A DNA stretch of 64,000 bases from a virus (Duplodnaviria > Caudoviricetes). Made by a program: the position numbers and the translations under genes. Location: positions 140-64,139 of IMG/VR virus record IMGVR_UViG_3300037070_001217, one strand, 5' to 3'. Of this stretch, positions 57,215 to 64,000 are shown piece after piece. The notes beneath the pieces were generated by a model. The model searched no databases and was not told the origin of the DNA. It saw only the letters and a list, made by a program, of their open reading frames with translations. Numbering within the stretch: position 1 is the stretch's first letter; every line of letters starts with the position of its first letter.

Positions 57215-57433
57215 ATGATAGGCCTAATCATAAACCTGATCATATACCTGCTGATTCTCGGAATCTTGTACTACTTATTTGTGTACGTAGTGGACAGCTT
57301 TATCCCAGAGCCGCCCCAGAGAATCCTGAAGGTGGCGGCCATAGTTGTACTATGTATCATCGTGATCCTGCTTTTGCTGGACTTGATAGGCGGGAGCGGC
57401 AGCTTCCACCTGCCTAAGATCACGACGCAATGA
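57215..57433 (+). CDS. Small two-TM membrane protein
   Basis: Two hydrophobic helices joined by IPEPPQRILK; AT-rich codons. Confidence 0.75.
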   Translation: MIGLIINLIIYLLILGILYYLFVYVVDSFIPEPPQRILKVAAIVVLCIIVILLLLDLIGGSGSFHLPKITTQ

Positions 57434-58182
57434 TGGGCGAGGTTTCTCCATCACGCTACGTCGTGCAGGCCGGATGGGATTCGGTCCCGCATCTGGACGA
57501 GAAGACCAAGAAGGAGCTTCTCGACTCGACGCCGGAATACCTGCGCGATGCGCGCTCGAAGGGCGAGCCGACGATGGGCTCGGGTGTGATCTACCCGATC
57601 CCGATCGGCGACATCGAGGTCAAGCCGTTCGCCATCCCGTTTGGCTGGAAGAAGGGCTATGCGCTCGATGTCGGCTGGAACCGGACGGCCGCGCTGTGGG
57701 GCGCGCAGAACCCGGTCGACGGCACGATTTACTTCTACAGCGAGCACTACAAGGGGCAGCAACTGCCGGTCGTCCATGCCTCGGCCATCAAGACCCGGGG
57801 CGAATGGATTCGCGGCGCGATCGATCCGGCCTCGAAGGGCTCGAGCCAGAAGGACGGCAAGCAGCTAAAGGCCGAGTACCAGAGCTTGGGGCTGATCCTG
57901 ATCGACGCCAACAACGAACTCGAGGCGGGGCTGATCGCCTGCTGGCAGGCGCTGGCGCTCGGGCAGATCAAGATTTTCTCCACGCTGCAGTCCTTCAAGG
58001 CGGAATACCGCGTGTACCAGCGCGACGAGCGTGGCCGCATCGTGGATGGGCAGGCCGATCACCTGATGGACTGCATGCGCTACCTCTGGCGCACATGGGA
58101 CAGGGTGGCGGGATTGCCGTCGCTGAAGCACAGGCAAGGCGGTGCTGGCATTGGCACTGCCGACAAGAGAGCAGGGTACTGA
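57430..58182 (+). CDS. terL: Terminase large subunit, C-terminal (lid + RNase H-like nuclease) fragment
   Basis: WDSVPHL..RDARSKGEP.MGSG.IYP, ALDVGW, Y.RDE.G.IV..DHLMD..RY; ATGA-coupled to the upstream gene. Confidence 0.92.
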   Translation: MMGEVSPSRYVVQAGWDSVPHLDEKTKKELLDSTPEYLRDARSKGEPTMGSGVIYPIPIGDIEVKPFAIPFGWKKGYALDVGWNRTAALWGAQNPVDGTIYFYSEHYKGQQLPVVHASAIKTRGEWIRGAIDPASKGSSQKDGKQLKAEYQSLGLILIDANNELEAGLIACWQALALGQIKIFSTLQSFKAEYRVYQRDERGRIVDGQADHLMDCMRYLWRTWDRVAGLPSLKHRQGGAGIGTADKRAGY

Positions 58183-58183
58183 G

Positions 58184-60697
58184 ATGGCTGACCTGATGGT
58201 AATGAACCCGCCGCAGCAGGGGCAGCAACTGCCGGAATCCCTGCAGCAACGGCCACGGCCGCCATCGAGGGAGAGGCTGAAAGAGATCATTGGCCGCATG
58301 GAAGCGGAGGTGACGAGCCGGATCGGCAAGCGCACCAACTTGGAGGATCGCTGGATCGCGGCGCTCGAGCAGTATCACGGCCGCTATGACCCGGCGACGG
58401 CGAAGGTGCTGTTCGAGGAGCAGCGATCGGGGCTGTTCATCAATGCGACCCGGCCCAAGACCGACGCGCTGGCGGCCCGCCTGAAAGACCTGCTGTTCCC
58501 GACCGACGAAAAGAACTGGGGCATTTCCCCGACGCCGGTTCCGCAACTGGCCGACAGTGCGGAGCGCGCGGCGGCTGACTTCCGTCAGAAGCAGGAGGCG
58601 GCGACGGCTGCCGCAGAGCAGGCGCAGCAGCAACCGATGGCACCGGCCGGGCCACCGCCACCGCCACAGGGGGCACCAGCGCCAGAGGGGGCCCCAGCGC
58701 CACAGGGAGAGCCGCCACAGGGGCTCGGAGGTCCGCCGCCACCACAACAGCCGGGACCGCCGCAAGGCGCTCCTCCAATGGCGCAGCAGGCCGCAGCGCT
58801 GCAGCAGCAGGCCGACGAAGCCAAGGAAGCGGCGGTCGCGCTCAACGCTCGGCTCGAGGAAGGCCGCAAGCGCGCCGACCTGATGGAGAAGGAGATCGAT
58901 GATCAATTGACGGAATGCCGCTATCAGTCCGTCAAGCGCGAGCAGATCGATTGCGCGGTCAAGCTCGGCACCGGGGTGACCAAGGGTCCGGTGACAGGCG
59001 ACAAGGTGCGGCGCGGCTGGAAGCAGGACGACCAGACCGGCGAGCACAAGCTTGACGTCTCCACCGGCCAGCAACCCGCGTTCAGATACGTCGACCTGTG
59101 GGGGTTCTTCCCCGACATGGACGCCACCTGCATCGAGGAGTCGAACGGCACCTTCGAGCGCCATTTGATGAATCGCAAGCGGCTGCGCGATCTGCAGCAT
59201 CTCGAGGGGTTCGACAAGGACGCCATTCGCCGGTTGCTGCAACTGGCCCCATCGACTGCGGCCCCGGCCTACCTTGCGCAGTTGCGCAACATCCGCGCGG
59301 CCACGCAGCAGGTGACGGGCGATCTTTATCATGTGTTCGAATATTACGGCCCATTGGAACCGGCCGACATGCAGGACATCGCGCTGACGATGCTGCAGAG
59401 CCGGGACCAGACCCTCACCGGGATTGCCGACGAGGCGCTGAAGCAGGTGGACGAGATCGATCCGCTGACCTCGGTCAATGCCTGCATCTGGTTCTGTCAG
59501 GGCGAGATTCTGAAGTTCGCGCTGTACCCCTACGACAGTGGCGAGTGCATCTATTCGGTGTTCAATCTGGTCAAGGACGAAGCCTCGATCTTTGGCTACG
59601 GCATGCCCGACATCATCCGTGATCCGCAGTCGGCCATGAATGGGGCGTTTCGCGCGATGATGGACAACGCTGGCGTGTCGTCAGGTCCGCAAATTGTCAT
59701 CGACATGCAGAACATCGAACCGGAGGACGGCGACTACCGGCTCAAGCCGCGCAAGATTTGGACGGCCAAGAACGGGCTGCAGAAAGAGAACCCGCCATTC
59801 CAGCTATTCCACATCGAAACCCGGCAGGAGGAACTGACCAACATCATCATGCTATGCAGCCAGTTCATCGACATGATGAGTTCGATGCCGCAGATCATCC
59901 AAGGCCAGATGGGCGAGGTTGGCGCGCACCAGATTCAGCAGACGGCGACCGGGATGGCGCTGCTGCACAATTCGGCCAACACGGTGTTTCGCGCGATCGT
60001 CAAGAACTTCGATGACGATGTGACGACGCCCGACATCCGGCGTTCCTACGACTGGAACATGCAGTTCAACGAGAAGCCCGAGATCAAGGGCGACTACGAG
60101 GTCGACGCGCGCGGCAGTTCTGTCCTGCTGATGCGCGAGATGCAGGCGCAGAACCTGATGGTGATCGCCGTCCAGCTAGGCGGGCATCCGATCTTCGGGC
60201 CGATGCTGCGCAATCGCGAACTGCTGCGCAAGATATTCCAGAGCTACATGATCCCGGCCGACGAGGTGATGCTGTCGGACGACGAGATCGACGCCGTGCT
60301 GGCGGCATCCGCGCAGGACAACGAGGCGGCGGCAGCGGCGCAGGCGGCGATGCAGGTGGAGCAGGCCAAGGCTGCGCTCGAGAAGGAGAAGATGCAGATG
60401 CAGGCGGCGCTGGCCAATCAGGCCAACCACTCGAAGGAAGTGATCGCCCAGAAGCAGTACGACGCGCAGATGAACTTGATGGCGGCCAAGCTCAACATGA
60501 GCCTGCAGGAATTGCAGGCGATGCTGGCTGGCAAGCAGATGGATCATCAGTCGAAGGAGCGCATTTTCGCGAGCGAGGTGGCGATCGAGCAGCGCAATGC
60601 GGAGGCGGCTCGGGCGCGCGGCGAAGTGCCGAAAGGCTCGGGCGGGTACGTCTCGGCGGGAGGTAAACCCAACGGCAAGAAGGCGACCGCGAAATGA
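58184..60697 (+). CDS. Portal protein
   Basis: LFINATRPK..LLFPTDEKNWGI.PTP, GTGV.KGP, FFPD, MMDNA..SSGPQ, TA.GM..L..K.FDD; follows terL. Confidence 0.9.
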   Translation: MADLMVMNPPQQGQQLPESLQQRPRPPSRERLKEIIGRMEAEVTSRIGKRTNLEDRWIAALEQYHGRYDPATAKVLFEEQRSGLFINATRPKTDALAARLKDLLFPTDEKNWGISPTPVPQLADSAERAAADFRQKQEAATAAAEQAQQQPMAPAGPPPPPQGAPAPEGAPAPQGEPPQGLGGPPPPQQPGPPQGAPPMAQQAAALQQQADEAKEAAVALNARLEEGRKRADLMEKEIDDQLTECRYQSVKREQIDCAVKLGTGVTKGPVTGDKVRRGWKQDDQTGEHKLDVSTGQQPAFRYVDLWGFFPDMDATCIEESNGTFERHLMNRKRLRDLQHLEGFDKDAIRRLLQLAPSTAAPAYLAQLRNIRAATQQVTGDLYHVFEYYGPLEPADMQDIALTMLQSRDQTLTGIADEALKQVDEIDPLTSVNACIWFCQGEILKFALYPYDSGECIYSVFNLVKDEASIFGYGMPDIIRDPQSAMNGAFRAMMDNAGVSSGPQIVIDMQNIEPEDGDYRLKPRKIWTAKNGLQKENPPFQLFHIETRQEELTNIIMLCSQFIDMMSSMPQIIQGQMGEVGAHQIQQTATGMALLHNSANTVFRAIVKNFDDDVTTPDIRRSYDWNMQFNEKPEIKGDYEVDARGSSVLLMREMQAQNLMVIAVQLGGHPIFGPMLRNRELLRKIFQSYMIPADEVMLSDDEIDAVLAASAQDNEAAAAAQAAMQVEQAKAALEKEKMQMQAALANQANHSKEVIAQKQYDAQMNLMAAKLNMSLQELQAMLAGKQMDHQSKERIFASEVAIEQRNAEAARARGEVPKGSGGYVSAGGKPNGKKATAK

Positions 60698-60924
60698 TCG
60701 ACGCTTACACCGATACGTGGCGGGAGGTGGCCGCCAAGGCAAACGAAACCATCGAGCAGTGCCGTTGGCGGCTGGAGCAGAACGACCAGAGCTATGGCGA
60801 GAGCCAGTTTCTTCGCGGCCGTATCACGGCCATGCGCGAGATACTGGAGATGGTCAAGCCAGCGGTGGTCGCCTCGACCAACCCGCCACATGAACTTAGG
60901 CCCCGCGATCGCAGCGGGATTTGA
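60694..60924 (+). CDS. Small post-portal protein
   Basis: TW..LE..FLRGRI..REIL motif; synteny. Confidence 0.7.
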   Translation: MIDAYTDTWREVAAKANETIEQCRWRLEQNDQSYGESQFLRGRITAMREILEMVKPAVVASTNPPHELRPRDRSGI

Positions 60925-60930
60925 CGAGGG

Positions 60931-61884
60931 ATGGAAGCCATGACCGACCAGACAAAGACTGCACCGGCAGAGCCGACCGAAGAGGAAATGTGGGCCGAGT
61001 TCGAGAAAGAGGAGGCCCCGAAAGAAGAGGACGACGACACCAAATTTGCGGAAAAGCCTGAAAGTGGTAATGATACGCCCGCTGACGGAGCCGCTCCTGC
61101 GCAGGACGCCGCTCCCAAGCAAGAAGCGCCCGACATATGGGACAACGCGCCGCCTGATCTGAAGGCCGCACACGACGCCCAAGTACGAGCGCTGGAATCT
61201 GCAACGTCTGAGCACTCCCGCCGATCGATCGAAGGCCGGATAGTTGCTTATACGCGCAGGTTGAAAGAGCGGAACGACGCTGCCGCGCAACAGCCCGCCT
61301 CCGCTGAAGAAGAAGCCGCCGATACCCTTGGGGAACTGGCCGCTGAATATCCCGAGATCGCGGAGCCTCTTAAAAAGACGCTCGCTCCGATCTCCGAAAA
61401 GCTTTCACAGTTCGACGCCCAGATGAGAAGCCGCCAAGAGGCCGCCGATCTCGAGATGGACGCCGATCTCAAGGCCAACGAACATTTGCTGGAAACCCGG
61501 CATCCCGGTTGGGATAGTTACTTGCGTGATAACGGAGCCGCCTTCGGCGCATGGATTGTCGATCAGCCGCTCTATTTACGTCAAGCCTTCGTCACCAATC
61601 AGGACGCGATCATCGATCCGCATAGCGCGATCGAGACGCTGGATGCCTTCAAGCAATTCGTTGCGTCGAGTCAACCGCCGCAGCAGGCTGCACCACAGCC
61701 TGCAGCGGTTCAAACGCAAAGGCTCAATCCACGGCGCGCGGCGCAACTAGCAGGTTCGGCATCACCGCAGATCGCAGGCTCGAGGCCGACCGTGAGCGGG
61801 ATTCCAGAAGACGGTGATCCACAGATGTTATGGAACGGTTTCAGGGATATAGACCCGGACGAGAAGAAGTATCGCAGCGCGTGA
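60931..61884 (+). CDS. Scaffolding protein
   Basis: Acidic N-terminus, EYPEIA and HPGW..F..W..QP motifs; precedes the major capsid gene. Confidence 0.75.
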   Translation: MEAMTDQTKTAPAEPTEEEMWAEFEKEEAPKEEDDDTKFAEKPESGNDTPADGAAPAQDAAPKQEAPDIWDNAPPDLKAAHDAQVRALESATSEHSRRSIEGRIVAYTRRLKERNDAAAQQPASAEEEAADTLGELAAEYPEIAEPLKKTLAPISEKLSQFDAQMRSRQEAADLEMDADLKANEHLLETRHPGWDSYLRDNGAAFGAWIVDQPLYLRQAFVTNQDAIIDPHSAIETLDAFKQFVASSQPPQQAAPQPAAVQTQRLNPRRAAQLAGSASPQIAGSRPTVSGIPEDGDPQMLWNGFRDIDPDEKKYRSA

Positions 61885-61918
61885 GGGGTTGAGCGGTCAC
61901 AGGTAAAGGACCGCTCCG

Positions 61919-62917
61919 ATGACCATCACCGCATATGCCGATGGCGGCGTATCGCCACGAACTAACGTCTATGCGGAGCGGCAAATGCTCCGCTATGCCA
62001 AGCCCGTCATGGTCTTGGAGAAGCTCGGCCTGACCAAGCCGATGCCGAAGAACAAGACGGACACGATCAAGTTCCGTCGCCCGAAAGTGTTCTCTGCCGC
62101 CACGACCCCGTTGGTCGAGGGCGTCACCCCGACCGAAACGCAGTTCTCCTATGAGGACGTCTCCGCGACCTTGCGCCAGTATGGCCAAGTCGTTGTCGTT
62201 ACTGACAAAATAGAAGACCTTCATGAAGACCCGGTGCTAAACGATGCATCGATGCAGGCGGGCGAGAATATCGGCCGCACTATCGAGGCGCTGAACTACG
62301 GCATCGTCCGCGCAGGCACCTCCGTCTACTATGCGAACGGCACCCAGCGCACTGACGTCAACACCCCGATCACGCTGTCCAAGCAGCGCGCGGTGCTGCG
62401 TTCCCTGAAGGCGCTCAAGGCGCAGAAGATCACCCGAAGCCTGTCACCCTCCAGTGACTACGGCACAAGGGCGGTCGAAGCGGCTTACGTCGCGGTGGCC
62501 CACACCGACGTCGAAAGCGATATCCGCAATCTTCCGGGCTTCAAGACGGTGTCCGAGTACGGCACCCGCAATCCGGTTTCGGAATACGAGATCGGCTCGG
62601 TCGAGGACGTTCGCTACATCCTGTCGCCAGACCTCAACCCGTTCCTCGATGCCGGTGGCGCGAGGGGCACGATGGTGTCGACGTCTGGCACCAGCGCCGA
62701 CGTCTACCCGATCATCTATTTCGGGCAGGACGCTTGGGGAATGGTGGCGCTTCGCGGCCAAGGCGCTGTGTCTCCTACGATTATTCCGGTTGGACAGAAG
62801 ACCAAGGACGATCCGCTCGGCCAGCGTGGGTACGTCGGCTGGAAAACGTGGCACGCCGCCCTGATCCTCAATCAGGCTTGGATGTCCCGGCTCGAGGTCG
62901 CGGTGACCTTGCTCTAA
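61919..62917 (+). CDS. Major capsid protein, N4-gp56 family
   Basis: PMPKNKTDTIKFRR, PL.EGVTP, QYG, EIGSVE.VRY, DVYP..G.DA, DPLGQRGYVGWK. Confidence 0.95.
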   Translation: MTITAYADGGVSPRTNVYAERQMLRYAKPVMVLEKLGLTKPMPKNKTDTIKFRRPKVFSAATTPLVEGVTPTETQFSYEDVSATLRQYGQVVVVTDKIEDLHEDPVLNDASMQAGENIGRTIEALNYGIVRAGTSVYYANGTQRTDVNTPITLSKQRAVLRSLKALKAQKITRSLSPSSDYGTRAVEAAYVAVAHTDVESDIRNLPGFKTVSEYGTRNPVSEYEIGSVEDVRYILSPDLNPFLDAGGARGTMVSTSGTSADVYPIIYFGQDAWGMVALRGQGAVSPTIIPVGQKTKDDPLGQRGYVGWKTWHAALILNQAWMSRLEVAVTLL

Positions 62918-62924
62918 CCCACTT

Positions 62925-62954
62925 GGCGGCGGGCACATCCCGCCGTCTTTTTTT
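62925..62954 (+). terminator. Intrinsic terminator after the major capsid gene
   Basis: GGCGGCGGG-CACAT-CCCGCCGTC followed by T7. Confidence 0.8.
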
Positions 62955-62979
62955 CAATCTGGAATAAGGAGCCTTCACC

Positions 62980-63546
62980 ATGAAAGGCACAGCGAGAAGC
63001 GGAGCGTTCACTGGAACTGGCGCGACCGTCAATGTCGAACTCGGCTGGATACCAAATTCAGTCGAACTCTTTAACTCAACGGACGGCACGATCGCCACGA
63101 TCGCCTACCTGATCCCGTTGGTGGTGGCGTTTACTTCTGGCGGCACGGCCACGATCTCCTCCGGGTCGACCATTCGCGGCGCGACCTCGGGTGCTACGGC
63201 CACCGTGGCTGACGTGCAGATTGCTTCCGGCACCTTTGCCGCTGGCACTGCCGCCGGGAACCTCACCCTTGTCGAAGGCACGCTCACCGGCACCTTCGGC
63301 TCGGAAAACATCGTCGTCACCAACCTTGCTTCCGGCACGATCGGCACCGATGACGCCACCGTCACCGCCCCCACCGTCACTTGCTATTCCAACAACAGCG
63401 CGGCGGTAGCGACAGCGAGCGGCACGTCAGCGATTAGCCGTTACGAGGGCGCGACGGCATCGACCGGGAAGGGCTTCACCGTTGGATCGGTTGCCGCGAC
63501 TGCAGGCAAGCTGTTCCGGTGGCGTGCCCTCCGCGACGACGCATAA
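62980..63546 (+). CDS. Capsid decoration / virion protein
   Basis: TAAGGAG RBS; GTGA..NV.LGW.P..V...N..GFT..W.A.R. Confidence 0.7.
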   Translation: MKGTARSGAFTGTGATVNVELGWIPNSVELFNSTDGTIATIAYLIPLVVAFTSGGTATISSGSTIRGATSGATATVADVQIASGTFAAGTAAGNLTLVEGTLTGTFGSENIVVTNLASGTIGTDDATVTAPTVTCYSNNSAAVATASGTSAISRYEGATASTGKGFTVGSVAATAGKLFRWRALRDDA

Positions 63547-63557
63547 GGAGAACGCAC

Positions 63558-64000
63558 ATGCCATACACCACACTGGACGCCGCCGCTGCGCGGAGGGCGA
63601 TCTATCACGGCGACGACGCTACGCTCGAGCGCTACCTGCGCGAGGGCGGGCAGAGTCCGACAACGCCCATGTCGACAACGGCGACGACTGGCCTCCTGTC
63701 GCCCGGCACCAACCTGATCAACAAGGCGACAGGCGGGTTCACGTACACCCTGCCTCCCGCCACCGGCAGTCAGACCGTCGTCAGGGCGGTCGTGCAGACG
63801 GCGATCACCAGCGGCAACGGCATCATTAAGACGGCGACGGTCGCTGACTTCATGGTGGGCATGATGACCTTTGCGACGACCACCTTCGCGGCGGGTTCGA
63901 CCGAAGCGCTTGGCGGCACCGACGCGCTGATCACGTTGGTTGCAGCATCCGGTGGCGTGAAGGGGACGGTGATCACCTTCACCGATATCGCCCCCAACCT
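63558..64000 (+). CDS. Virion protein (truncated by the window edge)
   Basis: TAAGGAG RBS; open frame to the end with TLPPATGS and GGVKGT..FTDIA motifs. Confidence 0.75.
   Translation, partial: MPYTTLDAAAARRAIYHGDDATLERYLREGGQSPTTPMSTTATTGLLSPGTNLINKATGGFTYTLPPATGSQTVVRAVVQTAITSGNGIIKTATVADFMVGMMTFATTTFAAGSTEALGGTDALITLVAASGGVKGTVITFTDIAPN

Larger units (their letters stand above)
1..64000. mobile_element. Near-complete tailed phage genome (podovirus-like, N4-gp56-type capsid, P22-like terminase), circularly permuted
   Basis: Packaging, head, tail, lysis and early modules are all present with no host housekeeping genes. The ORF running off the right end appears to continue at the left end. 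Confidence 0.95.

Noticed and set aside
57207-57356. Operator-like TGTACTATG near the membrane-protein gene
   Set aside because: Mismatched, no TTGAC promoter context and in an AT-rich gene; probably chance
48670-57429. Group I/II intron or split intein joining the terL halves
   Set aside because: No intein motifs at either fragment end (no N-terminal C/S block, no HN terminus). No room for intron core structure at the boundaries, which are filled by coupled ORFs. The C-half has its own coupled start. Not formally excluded without RNA data.
57995-59332. Long antisense and alternative-frame ORFs (also 8582-9736, 18656-19717, 28848-30014, 56143-57243)
   Set aside because: These are shadows of real genes, expected at high GC; no RBS or recognisable motifs

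Overview
This window appears to be an almost complete, circularly permuted ~64-kb genome of a tailed, podovirus-like dsDNA phage. It is GC-rich, and the host is probably an alphaproteobacterium (inference). The + strand block (44.4 kb to the end, then 1 to 24.3 kb) encodes a VRR-NUC nuclease, an AAA_25-type helicase, TerS, a P22-like TerL, portal, scaffold, an N4-gp56-type major capsid protein, tail and ejection proteins, a 3341-aa polyvalent protein and a GH19 endolysin. The - strand block (44.3 to 24.3 kb) carries about 45 mostly small early genes, including a Bet recombinase, a ParB-like protein and a DNA methyltransferase. I found no integrase, CI-type repressor or DNA polymerase. Four features stand out. 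(1) terL is split into two separately translated genes 8.76 kb and about 20 ORFs apart; the break lies inside the ATPase domain and an HNH gene sits at the break. (2) Eight sigma70-type promoters carry a palindromic YGTASTACR operator, mostly in pairs, and an orphan BrnA-like ribbon-helix-helix gene is the best repressor candidate. (3) A ParB-like two-gene cassette is bracketed by identical palindromic 19-bp repeats. (4) The polyvalent protein's enzyme modules are delimited by repeated F-S-K/R linkers. All family assignments come from motif recognition by eye, not from database searches.
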